Sequence record: OR896834.1
Length of the DNA stretch: 64,000 nt
Strand: one strand, 5' to 3'
DNA from: Escherichia phage Baret
The translations under genes were made by a program, and so were the position numbers. Each line of letters starts with the position of its first letter. Within the stretch, counting starts at the first letter, position 1. The notes beneath the pieces are model-generated. The model was not told where the DNA came from, searched no databases, and was given only the letters and a program-made list of their open reading frames with translations. Positions 48,418-57,697 of this stretch are shown here, one piece after another.

Positions 48418-48924
48418 TTACACCTTAAATTGTTGTAAGGATTTACACATTTCAATATCTGGGCTAAATTCTAGCATATAGCTAACAGCTTTTAAATCTT
48501 GAAGATTTATCCCAGTCCTACCGTTGACTATAACCGTTGGATACTGATACATCATAGCACCAGCATCATCAAGCACACACCAATGTTTGAGCTTATGCTT
48601 TTCAACGAAACGGAGAACAGAATTACCTCTAGATAGCCCACCCCCAGTAAAATCAGTTGTACCAAGAAAACGATCGATAAGACCTAATCCGGTCATAATC
48701 TGAACGTTCTCCATCTCATTCCTGACAGAGAACCATGAGGATACTCCAACAATCATTATCGGAGAAGGACGAATAAAATCCTGAAAAGCCTTGAGAAGCG
48801 GTTTGAAAACCCAGTCACTTCCAAAGAAAATCTTTTCATTATCAGGTGCATGATGATGGGAGATGCTCGAATTGAGCACCCCATCAATGTCTAGAAAAAT
48901 AATTGGAGTATTACTTATTTCCAT
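48418..48924 (-). CDS. HAD-superfamily hydrolase (putative phosphatase/nucleotidase)
   Basis: motif I FLDIDGVLN near N-terminus and C-terminal VLDDAG (DD motif). Confidence 0.55.
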   Translation of the reverse strand: MEISNTPIIFLDIDGVLNSSISHHHAPDNEKIFFGSDWVFKPLLKAFQDFIRPSPIMIVGVSSWFSVRNEMENVQIMTGLGLIDRFLGTTDFTGGGLSRGNSVLRFVEKHKLKHWCVLDDAGAMMYQYPTVIVNGRTGINLQDLKAVSYMLEFSPDIEMCKSLQQFKV

Positions 48925-49093
48925 TTTTGTTCCTTTCTAAGAACGTATCATACTCAACCGTATCAACATATATAACACCATAGTCATCAGATTTATAGTC
49001 CATTTCCCACAGCTCACAACGATAGCACCAACTACCGTCCGCCCATACAAATATATCATCAGGGTGTGTATACACAGATTTAATTATGGACAT
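48911..49093 (-). CDS. hypothetical small protein
   Basis: 60-aa ORF, ATG start. Confidence 0.35.
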   Translation of the reverse strand: MSIIKSVYTHPDDIFVWADGSWCYRCELWEMDYKSDDYGVIYVDTVEYDTFLERNKNGNK

Positions 49094-49908
49094 ATTTGTT
49101 TCCCCGGCACATAAGGTCTACCCTCTAAATGGGCTTCTACACGAGCGATAAAATCAGGGTCATTGAAAGCATCTACCGCACCTTTACTCCAGTAAGAGAT
49201 ACCACGTTCTTCCAGCTGGTACATCTCACTACGAGTCATACCTTGATAGCCAGGTTCCGCTGCGAGGGCACTATCATAGTAGTTAACAACCATAAGTTTC
49301 GCAGCAGTCAAATTAAGAACAGGAAATAATTCCCAGTAGAAGTTAATTACTTGGTTAGAGCAACCAACCACAATGATCATATCTTGACTGGTAATACCAT
49401 CAAAAATATTGTACATTTCTGCATACGCTGGAGCATGCTCCCCAAAGAAGATTACATTAGGTTTAACCCATTTATAATCATCTGGATCAATAGAAGTGTA
49501 CCCTACATCAATAATCCGTTTATTGCTACTATTGTAGCTATCAGCTACAACAACCTCTTTTAAATATCCGTGAATGTGCAGAATGTCACTATGTGGAACG
49601 CCAGCACGCTCAATAAGGTCATCAACGTTGGTAGTCAAGTTTACTACCTGACCTGGATATTGTTTATACCATTCACCAATACGCAAATGTGCAAGATTGG
49701 GTTCAACAGTTTTTAGCTCTTCACGACGTTTGTTGTAAAACATATGGGTTTTATGGTAAAAATTACCACGAAAGGCATGAATATTACATACTTCTTCTAG
49801 ATCATAATCATCCCACAGTGCTTTACCACTAGCAGTATCAGTACGAAAAGCTCGTACACCACTTTCAACACTCAAACCCGCACCGCTAATAATAATTAAT
49901 CTACGCAT
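49084..49908 (-). CDS. Sir2-like (sirtuin-fold) protein lacking the zinc-ribbon module
   Basis: GAGLSVESGVRAFR (cf. sirtuin GAGIS..SGIP.FR), HG motif, FFGE motif, VVGCSNQV (cf. GTSL.V); no Cys4 cluster; ATG 49908 with AGGTGG RBS (ORF-track start is TTG). Confidence 0.55.
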   Translation of the reverse strand: MRRLIIISGAGLSVESGVRAFRTDTASGKALWDDYDLEEVCNIHAFRGNFYHKTHMFYNKRREELKTVEPNLAHLRIGEWYKQYPGQVVNLTTNVDDLIERAGVPHSDILHIHGYLKEVVVADSYNSSNKRIIDVGYTSIDPDDYKWVKPNVIFFGEHAPAYAEMYNIFDGITSQDMIIVVGCSNQVINFYWELFPVLNLTAAKLMVVNYYDSALAAEPGYQGMTRSEMYQLEERGISYWSKGAVDAFNDPDFIARVEAHLEGRPYVPGKQICP

Positions 49909-50122
49909 TTTCCACCTGTTCTCTGAAGTTTTGCCCAATACTGTCTAATAGCTCAGCTAATTCTTTATTGCCTTTCTCCATTAAGGTATTAGCAATAACT
50001 TCTAGCATATTAGCGCAGGATTCAACACCATCCTTATAGCCAGTTTCCCAATACTGCATTAATGCGTTTTCCAAAGCGGCATTTAAACCCTTATCTGGTA
50101 GCATCGGCTTCGAGAATGCCAT
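49901..50122 (-). CDS. hypothetical small protein
   Basis: 73-aa ORF. Confidence 0.35.
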   Translation of the reverse strand: MAFSKPMLPDKGLNAALENALMQYWETGYKDGVESCANMLEVIANTLMEKGNKELAELLDSIGQNFREQVENA

Positions 50123-50297
50123 AAAGTTTCTCCTCTAGTTCCATAACACGATTTTCATAAGAAGCACGCAACTTTTCAATTGCCAGCGCACGCACTGTAA
50201 CCTCATTAGAATTAATAGCTAACTGGGCTAGGTCTTCTGTTTCCATACGTCCGTTGTAAATTAAGCGATATTTAAGGTGTTTCACATTCTTAGTCAT
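50091..50297 (-). CDS. hypothetical small protein
   Basis: 68 aa from ATG 50297 with GGAG RBS. Confidence 0.35.
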   Translation of the reverse strand: MTKNVKHLKYRLIYNGRMETEDLAQLAINSNEVTVRALAIEKLRASYENRVMELEEKLYGILEADATR

Positions 50298-50670
50298 TAT
50301 TAAACTCCACTGCAACTGTTTCTAGGTCTTCATCAGAAAAACTAGAGTATACATCTTTAAGATATTGTTTAATACTCCAAGTAATATCTTCGTACCCATG
50401 GGGGCTACGTTGGTACACTTTTAGCACTCTATTATACACAAATTCAAGATTACATTTTACTTCATCTCTGTCTTCATCAAACAAGCAATATGGATTATAA
50501 GGTGATACATCTAGATTTGTTCCCACCCAATCGCCAATAATTGATGAATATCCAATACCCTCTAGATGGGAATAATCTCCAGTAGATGCAAAAATAGCTT
50601 CTCTAAGATCGTCTACGCCAAGATGGAAACTACCACATGTAGACTCAACTATATAGGGCTTTAATTCCAT
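50290..50670 (-). CDS. hypothetical protein
   Basis: 126 aa; GGAGAAAGG RBS; downstream of promoter 50699-50727. Confidence 0.45.
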   Translation of the reverse strand: MELKPYIVESTCGSFHLGVDDLREAIFASTGDYSHLEGIGYSSIIGDWVGTNLDVSPYNPYCLFDEDRDEVKCNLEFVYNRVLKVYQRSPHGYEDITWSIKQYLKDVYSSFSDEDLETVAVEFNND

Positions 50671-50698
50671 ACCTTTCTCCTATCAAATTTATAAATCT

Positions 50699-50727
50699 AT
50701 TATATATAAATTTTTGGCTGAAAGCAA
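50699..50727 (-). promoter_or_regulatory. PN25-like early promoter (TTGCTT-17-TATAAT)
   Basis: minus-strand -10 at 50699-50704, -35 at 50722-50727, immediately after nrdD terminator. Confidence 0.6.
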
Positions 50728-50732
50728 ATAAA

Positions 50733-50769
50733 ATAAAAGCCAGGTCGACTAGCAACCCGGCTGATTAGC
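50733..50769 (-). terminator. rho-independent terminator after nrdD (minus strand)
   Basis: GCCGGG-11nt-CCTGGC hairpin followed on minus strand by TTTTATTTTATTT. Confidence 0.5.
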
Positions 50770-52644
50770 TTACTTAGCTCGAATATCCTGATGCTTCACC
50801 CTGCCCATCACCTCGTGCTGTTTGCCAGGGTTAAATGGACGAGCACCCGGATTTCCAAGATACCCACAAACCCGACGAGTTACTTCAAGAGTTTCAGGGT
50901 CATGATTACCACAGATAGGGCACTTGAATCCATCTTCGGATGCTACTGTTTCACCTAAGAATCCACATTTACCACAAGAATCCACTGGAGTATTAATACC
51001 AAAGTAATGAACCTTACTAGCAGCATAATTAATAACCCATTCCAGTGCATCTGGGAATCGTTTCATATCCGGTAGTTCTACATAGGAAATGCACCCACCA
51101 GAAGCAATCGGAGTAAAGTTAGATTCATAATCAAATTTGACGTTAGGAGCAACTTTACGTTCCACATCAAGGTGGTGAGAGTTAGTGTAGTAACCTTTGG
51201 ACAGAATATCTTCATGCTCCGGGAAATATTCACGGTCTAGACGACAAAAGCGATCACATAGGGACTCTGATGGTGTAGCATACAGACTATAGCCTAACTG
51301 AGTCTCTTCCTTCTTCTGATCGACTCTATCTCGCATGTACTGCAATACACGCTGAACAAACTTGATGCAGGTCTCGGACATTGTATCTACATCTTTGCCA
51401 AACATGAACTGTAGCATTTCATGGCAACCAATATACCCTAGAGATACAGAAGCACGGTTATAGAAATGATCGAATACATATTCATCAGGCCCCAAGCGTA
51501 ACCCAAAGGCTCCTGACATATAGAGGATGGGTGCAGCTTTAGCTTGAATGTATTTTAAGCGATCAACTCTCCACTCCAACGCTTTTAATGCTGTATCCAC
51601 ACGTAGCTCAAGCAAATCAAAGAATAGATCAATATTTCCTTCAGCTTCGATAGCAATTCTAGGCAAGTTTACAGAAACAACACCTAAGTTATTACGACCG
51701 GCAGTTTCACCATCTTCTGTAGCAGCTAGGAATGAACGGCAGCCCATAGAAACTTTGTAGTCTCCAGTAACCTCTACAACTTTGTCATAGCTGATATAAT
51801 CTGGATACATACGTTCAGCAGTACATTTCATAGATAACTTCTTGATGTCATAATTAACATCTCCTGGTTTCATATTAACGCCATCACGAAGTACAAATAC
51901 CAGTTTCGGGAAGATAGCTGTACGTTTATTGATACCTAAACCATCCATGCGTACTTTCAGTATTGCCCTCTGTACTAGACGTGCTTCCCAAGAAGTTCCT
52001 AGACCAAAACCAAAGGTAATAAATGGGCTCTGACCATTAGAGTTGAACATGGTATTGATTTCATATTCTAAACCCTGACAAGCGTCATAGACTTCTTTTT
52101 CAGTCATCTCCGTAGCCATTACGGATGCTTTGGCTTCATCCTTAGTCCAACGTTTTGCAAACGCATGATTTTTATCATAGGATTTACGAACATAAGGTGC
52201 TAATACTTCATCAAGGCGATCTACAGAAGTACCACCATACTGATGGGAGCTAACTTGAGTGATAATCTGAGCAGTGATAGCCGCCGCAGTAGTGATAGAG
52301 TTTGGAGTGCTAATTTCAGCATTACCAACCTTCATACCATTCTTCAACATATCTTCCAGAGCTACCAGGCAACAGTTAGTCATGCCTAATGCAGCATAAT
52401 CAGCATCATGGAAATGAATATCCCCAATCATATGAGCATTTCGAATCTGAATTGGCATTTCTTCTAGAATCAGATACTTACTCAATTCACCTGCAAGCAT
52501 ATCCCTTTGTGTAGGGAAACGTTCTGAGGGTTTATTGGCATTATTAAACAGCAGCTCTTCATCTGCTGACCCTTCGATAATCTCTTTGCAGTTTCTAATT
52601 AACGCCTGCATTTCTTTATACTTTAGTTCTTCATTGCGATTCAT
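50770..52644 (-). CDS. nrdD: anaerobic ribonucleoside-triphosphate reductase (class III)
   Basis: 624 aa; C-terminal zinc ribbon CGKCG...CPICG and glycyl-radical motif RVCGYLG. Confidence 0.85.
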   Translation of the reverse strand: MNRNEELKYKEMQALIRNCKEIIEGSADEELLFNNANKPSERFPTQRDMLAGELSKYLILEEMPIQIRNAHMIGDIHFHDADYAALGMTNCCLVALEDMLKNGMKVGNAEISTPNSITTAAAITAQIITQVSSHQYGGTSVDRLDEVLAPYVRKSYDKNHAFAKRWTKDEAKASVMATEMTEKEVYDACQGLEYEINTMFNSNGQSPFITFGFGLGTSWEARLVQRAILKVRMDGLGINKRTAIFPKLVFVLRDGVNMKPGDVNYDIKKLSMKCTAERMYPDYISYDKVVEVTGDYKVSMGCRSFLAATEDGETAGRNNLGVVSVNLPRIAIEAEGNIDLFFDLLELRVDTALKALEWRVDRLKYIQAKAAPILYMSGAFGLRLGPDEYVFDHFYNRASVSLGYIGCHEMLQFMFGKDVDTMSETCIKFVQRVLQYMRDRVDQKKEETQLGYSLYATPSESLCDRFCRLDREYFPEHEDILSKGYYTNSHHLDVERKVAPNVKFDYESNFTPIASGGCISYVELPDMKRFPDALEWVINYAASKVHYFGINTPVDSCGKCGFLGETVASEDGFKCPICGNHDPETLEVTRRVCGYLGNPGARPFNPGKQHEVMGRVKHQDIRAK

Positions 52645-52673
52645 TATACTCTCCTTCTCTAACTAAGACTACT

Positions 52674-52702
52674 ATTATAACTCATTCGAGGGCGGATGTC
52701 AA
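52674..52702 (-). promoter_or_regulatory. consensus sigma70 promoter (TTGACA-17-TATAAT) for nrdD
   Basis: minus-strand -35 at 52697-52702, -10 at 52674-52679; AAGGAGAG RBS and ATG 52644 follow. Confidence 0.7.
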
Positions 52703-52753
52703 CAATATTTTACTATAAAGTTCTGTAACATGATCTGAGTCAAAAAATTTTAT

Positions 52754-52782
52754 TTGCCAATCTCTATTAAAAATTGTATAAT
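52754..52782 (+). promoter_or_regulatory. sigma70-type promoter (TTGCCA-17-TATAAT)
   Basis: -35 52754-52759, -10 52777-52782, AT-rich upstream. Confidence 0.55.
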
Positions 52783-52894
52783 CACGCACTCGTACACGCG
52801 ATATAAAATGATTATCTAGTATCACACATCTCACGTTAAAAGCAAGCAAATTTTTTATTTAAATGCAATATCATAGGCTTATTTAAAATTGTAG

Positions 52895-52923
52895 TTGCTT
52901 TTTACTGTATATATTGGTATAAT
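52895..52923 (+). promoter_or_regulatory. sigma70-type early promoter (TTGCTT-17-TATAAT) upstream of phoH
   Basis: -35 52895-52900, -10 52918-52923. Confidence 0.65.
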
Positions 52924-52996
52924 ATATTTGTAAGTTGATAAACAAGATCTTTTTGTTGATCCTCTGTTAGCGAAGTACACTATAGGAGTGTTATTT

Positions 52997-53749
52997 ATGG
53001 GAAAAGCACGTCAAAAAAGAGAGAACCGCAATGGTTCAAGAAAGCGTGGCAACAAATATGAGAATAACGTAATTCAGGCTGATTTTTCTAATGATTACGC
53101 TAACCCAGTTGCTAAATCCCTAGTAGGTAAAAACCGCGAGCAAAAATCATATATCAATATGATCAAGAACAACACAGTGACTGTGGGTATCGGTGAGCCA
53201 GGTACTGGTAAAACCTTTATTCCGTCCGTTCTTGCAGCTCAGGAACTCGTAGACATTCACTCAGATATTGAGCAAGTGATTCTCGTACGTCCTAATGAAC
53301 CTCTAGGTAAGTCTCTTGGTATGCTTCCTGGTGATCTGGCGGAAAAGCTAGAGCCTTGGTTAGAGCCAATAGCTGATGGTATGAAATGGGCCATCGGCGA
53401 TCATGCCTATAAGGGATATGTCGAACGTCAGAAAATTAAATTTTTGGCTGTCGAACATGCTCGTGGCAGAACTTTCAACAACTCCTATGTAATTGTCGAT
53501 GAAGCTCAGAATATTTCCGTTGAGGCAATGATTTGTCTCCTAACTCGTGTAGGGCAAGACTGCCGTTTAATTATCTGTGGAGATATAGCTCAGAAAGACA
53601 TTAAAGGTGACTCAGGTCTAGCACTCCTTATGGAAGTCTATGAGAAATATGAAAATGCCCCATTCTCAATGATCGAATTGATTGATAACGTTCGTTCTGT
53701 TGAGTCTAAAGCATTCTATGATATTTTTAAAGATATGGGAAAGGTGTAA
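52997..53749 (+). CDS. phoH: PhoH-like ATPase
   Basis: Walker A GEPGTGKTF, Walker B VIVDEAQN; ATG 52997 with AGGAG RBS. Confidence 0.8.
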   Translation: MGKARQKRENRNGSRKRGNKYENNVIQADFSNDYANPVAKSLVGKNREQKSYINMIKNNTVTVGIGEPGTGKTFIPSVLAAQELVDIHSDIEQVILVRPNEPLGKSLGMLPGDLAEKLEPWLEPIADGMKWAIGDHAYKGYVERQKIKFLAVEHARGRTFNNSYVIVDEAQNISVEAMICLLTRVGQDCRLIICGDIAQKDIKGDSGLALLMEVYEKYENAPFSMIELIDNVRSVESKAFYDIFKDMGKV

Positions 53750-53750
53750 T

Positions 53751-53993
53751 ATGGGAAACGTCGTTCATCTGAGCCGTAAAACTAAAATACATCGTACTTC
53801 ACTGAGTGCTGCTAATATGATTACACGTAAGGAAGGGGAAGAAAGTCCTAAGACAACCCTAGCGTGGAAAATTGTAACCTCAAATCCAAATAAACCATTC
53901 AATTATAACGAGCTGAGCACCTCTATAGATATTCTATTAAAAGAAGTAGCTAGAGCTAAAGTAATTGAACAAGCTAAAAAGCTAGACTGGTAA
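53751..53993 (+). CDS. hypothetical small protein
   Basis: 80 aa from ATG 53751 (ORF-track extension upstream overlaps phoH). Confidence 0.4.
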   Translation: MGNVVHLSRKTKIHRTSLSAANMITRKEGEESPKTTLAWKIVTSNPNKPFNYNELSTSIDILLKEVARAKVIEQAKKLDW

Positions 53994-54114
53994 TATACAG
54001 GGCCTGGGTATGAAAATACTCGGGCCTTTTCTATCAGAAAATTTTATTTGCCTAATGACAGATAATAAAGTAGAATATTCCTTAAATCCTGATAACTATA
54101 AAAAGGAAAGCCAA

Positions 54115-56445
54115 ATGAGCCATCGCATTGAAAAAGTAATTAAACGTGACGGTACTGTAGAAGACTTTGCTCCTGAAAAACTCAATGGTTGGGCAGAGTA
54201 TGGTTGCAAAACAGTTGATGTAAGTTGGTCAGCCATTACTATGGCTGCTCAAAAAACTCTGCCTAAGGGGGTTGTAGATTCCGACACTCTGATGGACGCA
54301 TTAATTAAAGCTGCTGAAAGTCTTATCAAAGATAACCCAGCATACGATGTGCCAGCAAAGGAATTACGTCTTGCGCAAATGCGTAAACGCCTTTACGACT
54401 CTTTCGAACCACCTTCTCTACGCTTCTTCCATGACCATATGGTTAGCGTAGGTGCATGGGAAGACATGAGTGCATGGATTACCGATGAGCAGTTCGAAGC
54501 TCTGAATCAGGTTATCGACCATGATCGTGACCGTCTTTTTACTAGTGGTGGACTGAAACAGTTCTTTGATAAGTATTCCCGTCGTAACATAGCCACTGGT
54601 GAAATTTATGAAACTCCGCAGTTTGCCTACATGGGTATGGCAATGGCGATGTTATCTCAACCTAGCTGGACAATTCTAGATGCAATCGACCTCTACAACG
54701 CAATGTCACTCCACAAAATCAACGTTCCTACGCCGCCACTGGTTGGTCTGCGCTCTAGTGACCGTGGATTTGCTAGTTGCTGCCTCGTGGATTCCACTGA
54801 CACGTTGGATTCAATCGACACCGCCGAGCACATCGTCTTCAAAATGGTCGCAGCCAGAGCGGGAATCGGGTATCATCTTGAAAGCCGATCAATTGCTGAT
54901 CCGGTGCGAAATGGGGCATTCCCGCATTCCGGAAAACTGCCATATTATCGACACATTGACCGCTCAGTAAAGGCCAATACTCAGCAAACTCGTGGTGGTT
55001 CTGCCACAGTGTCTTATCCGTACTTCGACCCTGAAATCATTCAATTGATGCAGGTTAAGCAACAACGTGCTACAGATGAGAATAAAATCGATAAGATGGA
55101 TTATTCTCTGAGCTTTAACAATCTTTTGTTAAAACGTTATCTTAAAAACGAAGATATTACGCTAATGTCATACTTCTATGCTCCAGAAGTTCATGAAGCG
55201 TTTTATAGTGATGACGAGGCTAAATTTGAAGAAATCTACGTGGCAGCGGAGAAACGTGTGGCATCTCTTACAAAGATCGACCACGAAGGAAAAACAGTTC
55301 CAGCAGCTCCTAAAGTCTCTGCAAAAGAAATCCTAGATACTTGGCTACGTATCCGAATGGAAACAGGACGTATGTATGCGCATCACATCGGGGAATCTAA
55401 TCGTCACGGTAATTTCCTTGATCCGATCCGTATGACAAACCTTTGTGTTGAGATTACTCAGCCTACACGCCCGTTCCACCATATCACGGAACTGTATAAA
55501 ACAAAAGAACAACTTGATCAAATGAAGCCGGAGGATATTGGTGAAGTATCTCTGTGTAACTTAGGTGGTGTTGTACTTGGACGCATGGAATCTCTGGCTG
55601 AGTGGGAAAAAACTTGCTACATCCTCCTGAAATTCGTTGATACAATTATTGAAATCCAGGATTATCCGTTCCCAACTATGGAATATACGGCTAAGAAACG
55701 TCGTAATGTTGGTATTGGACTGATGAACGCAGCAGGTGCAATGGCAGCAGAAGGTCTGGCTTATGAAGGTATTGAAGCCCGTAACTGGATTCACCGTGAG
55801 GCTGAAAAACTGTCTTACTTCCTGCATAAAGCCTCTGTACGCCTAGCTAAAGAACAGGGTGCATGTGAGTGGTTTGATCGTACTAAACCATCTAAAGGAA
55901 TTCTGGTAATCGACACGTACAAGAAAACTGTTGATGAGCTGGTATCCGTAGGTCTAGAAATGGATTGGGAGTCTCTACGTGCAGATATTCTGAAATATGG
56001 TATGCGTAACTCTGTTCTGACTGCTCAGATGCCGGGAGAAAGTTCTTCTGTTCTGTTAGGTGTTACTAACTCTATTGAACCACCTCGTAAGATTGTATCT
56101 ATCAAGGGTAGTGCAGTAAATAAAGTAATTGCAATTGCTCCAGGTGCAACCGATTGGGAAACGTTAATGAGCTATAAACTGGCCTATGATGTAGATCGTA
56201 TCGAGTGGATCAAGTGGGTAGCAACTATGCAGAAATTCTTCAGTCAGTCTATCAGTACTAATATGTACTATGACTACACCAAGTTTGAGAATGAAATCAT
56301 TCCTGGCCCAGTAGTAGTTCGTGATTTCATGACTGCTGTTAAGTATGGGTGGAAAACTTGGTATTATGCTAACTTCAATACCGCAAATGGTGGAGGTGCT
56401 GGAGAAGAAGCAGCCGGTTGTGCATCCGGTGGTTGTACTATTTAA
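54115..56445 (+). CDS. nrdA: ribonucleoside-diphosphate reductase alpha subunit (class Ia)
   Basis: N-terminal ATP-cone (IEKVIKRDGTVEDF), C-terminal Cys pair (GCASGGCTI); ATG 54115 with AAAGGAAAG RBS. Confidence 0.9.
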   Translation: MSHRIEKVIKRDGTVEDFAPEKLNGWAEYGCKTVDVSWSAITMAAQKTLPKGVVDSDTLMDALIKAAESLIKDNPAYDVPAKELRLAQMRKRLYDSFEPPSLRFFHDHMVSVGAWEDMSAWITDEQFEALNQVIDHDRDRLFTSGGLKQFFDKYSRRNIATGEIYETPQFAYMGMAMAMLSQPSWTILDAIDLYNAMSLHKINVPTPPLVGLRSSDRGFASCCLVDSTDTLDSIDTAEHIVFKMVAARAGIGYHLESRSIADPVRNGAFPHSGKLPYYRHIDRSVKANTQQTRGGSATVSYPYFDPEIIQLMQVKQQRATDENKIDKMDYSLSFNNLLLKRYLKNEDITLMSYFYAPEVHEAFYSDDEAKFEEIYVAAEKRVASLTKIDHEGKTVPAAPKVSAKEILDTWLRIRMETGRMYAHHIGESNRHGNFLDPIRMTNLCVEITQPTRPFHHITELYKTKEQLDQMKPEDIGEVSLCNLGGVVLGRMESLAEWEKTCYILLKFVDTIIEIQDYPFPTMEYTAKKRRNVGIGLMNAAGAMAAEGLAYEGIEARNWIHREAEKLSYFLHKASVRLAKEQGACEWFDRTKPSKGILVIDTYKKTVDELVSVGLEMDWESLRADILKYGMRNSVLTAQMPGESSSVLLGVTNSIEPPRKIVSIKGSAVNKVIAIAPGATDWETLMSYKLAYDVDRIEWIKWVATMQKFFSQSISTNMYYDYTKFENEIIPGPVVVRDFMTAVKYGWKTWYYANFNTANGGGAGEEAAGCASGGCTI

Positions 56446-56452
56446 TAAAAAC

Positions 56453-56480
56453 AAGGAGATCTTCGGGTCTCCTTTTTCTT
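56453..56480 (+). terminator. rho-independent terminator after nrdA
   Basis: GGAGATC-ttcg-GGTCTCC hairpin followed by TTTTT. Confidence 0.7.
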
Positions 56481-56491
56481 TGAAATTTTAC

Positions 56492-56520
56492 TTGCTAATC
56501 GCTACCAGATTTGCTATAAT
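56492..56520 (+). promoter_or_regulatory. sigma70-type early promoter (TTGCTA-17-TATAAT) upstream of nrdB
   Basis: -35 56492-56497, -10 56515-56520. Confidence 0.7.
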
Positions 56521-56551
56521 ATTCCTGAAATAGTGAGAAAGAGGAAAATCA

Positions 56552-57697
56552 ATGACTACTTTACTAAACCTGAATTGGGATCATACTAACGCTGACCTTT
56601 TCCTGGGAGATTCTCTCGGTATCGCAGATTATGTACGTGTAGCACATCCAGAACTAGAACGTCTGGCACTTCTGCAACGCTCTCAATTTTGGACTGAAAC
56701 TGAAATTAGTCTGGAAGCAGATAAGAAACAGTGGCCTAATCTCCCGCGTGAAATTCAGGAAATTACACTCCTGAACTTAGCATGGCAGACTCAAACAGAT
56801 TCCTTTATCAGTCGTGCCCCTGAAGCAGCTATTATGCCGCTTGTAAGTCGTCCAGAGTTGGAAGGTATGCTCAAGCAGTGGAGCTACTTCGAAGATCTGC
56901 ATAGCCGTGCATATAGTAATATTATTCGTAATGTGCTGACTGATCCAGCAGAATTTATTGATTCTGTAACCAAAAACCAAGAAGCATTCGCACGCATCGC
57001 TGATTCTGTTGAACTATTCGATGAACTGTACCAGTTAGGTCAGTATTTCATCGCAGTACGCGATCATCGTGGCGACAATACATATCCAGAAACTGAGTTC
57101 CCTGAAGTTAAACGTGAAACTCAGGCTAAGCTATTAGATGCTTACTTTGCGATCTATGGTCTGGAAGCAATGCAGTTTTACGCATCCTTTGCATGTACCT
57201 TTGCATTAGCAGAGAACGATATTCTGCAAGGTATTGCTAAAAATCTGCAATTAATCGCTAAAGATGAAGCTCTGCACACTCAGATGTCCAAAGCAATCAT
57301 CCAGATTATGTTTCAACAATTTGACAAAGATCTGGTAGATGAAGCAGTGGCTAAAGCACCAGCACAGCTCCTGAAAACTCTGAAAACTGAAATTGAATGG
57401 GGTCATTTCATTTTCAAAGGTCGTAGTCTGATTGGTTTGAACGCAGAACTTCTAGAAGAGTATCTATATTTTGTGGGGCGTAATGCGTTTATGCACATTG
57501 GTGTAGAATGGCCTAGTCATTTACCAGTAATCACCAAAAACCCTATTCCGTGGATCATGAACTGGTTGGATACCACTTCTTTACAGCCTGCTCCACAAGA
57601 AATCCAGATTGGTGCAGCCTACCGTGTGGGTCAGGTAACTGAGACCTCTACTGATACTCTGAAAGATCTGGGTAATGAATTTGGAGATTTCTTATGA
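56552..57697 (+). CDS. nrdB: ribonucleoside-diphosphate reductase beta subunit (class Ia)
   Basis: 381 aa directly after nrdA; ferritin-like helical protein with acidic C-terminal tail. Confidence 0.85.
   Translation: MTTLLNLNWDHTNADLFLGDSLGIADYVRVAHPELERLALLQRSQFWTETEISLEADKKQWPNLPREIQEITLLNLAWQTQTDSFISRAPEAAIMPLVSRPELEGMLKQWSYFEDLHSRAYSNIIRNVLTDPAEFIDSVTKNQEAFARIADSVELFDELYQLGQYFIAVRDHRGDNTYPETEFPEVKRETQAKLLDAYFAIYGLEAMQFYASFACTFALAENDILQGIAKNLQLIAKDEALHTQMSKAIIQIMFQQFDKDLVDEAVAKAPAQLLKTLKTEIEWGHFIFKGRSLIGLNAELLEEYLYFVGRNAFMHIGVEWPSHLPVITKNPIPWIMNWLDTTSLQPAPQEIQIGAAYRVGQVTETSTDTLKDLGNEFGDFL

Noticed and set aside
50290-50670. Candidate nrdG activase next to nrdD
   Set aside because: The 126-aa ORF lacks the CxxxCxxC radical-SAM cluster, so it is left as a hypothetical protein.
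54010-54114. N-terminal extension of nrdA (ORF-track start MKILGPFLSENF...)
   Set aside because: The extension is hydrophobic, overlaps a terminator-like GGCC hairpin and precedes a good RBS plus ATG at 54115, where the ATP-cone begins.
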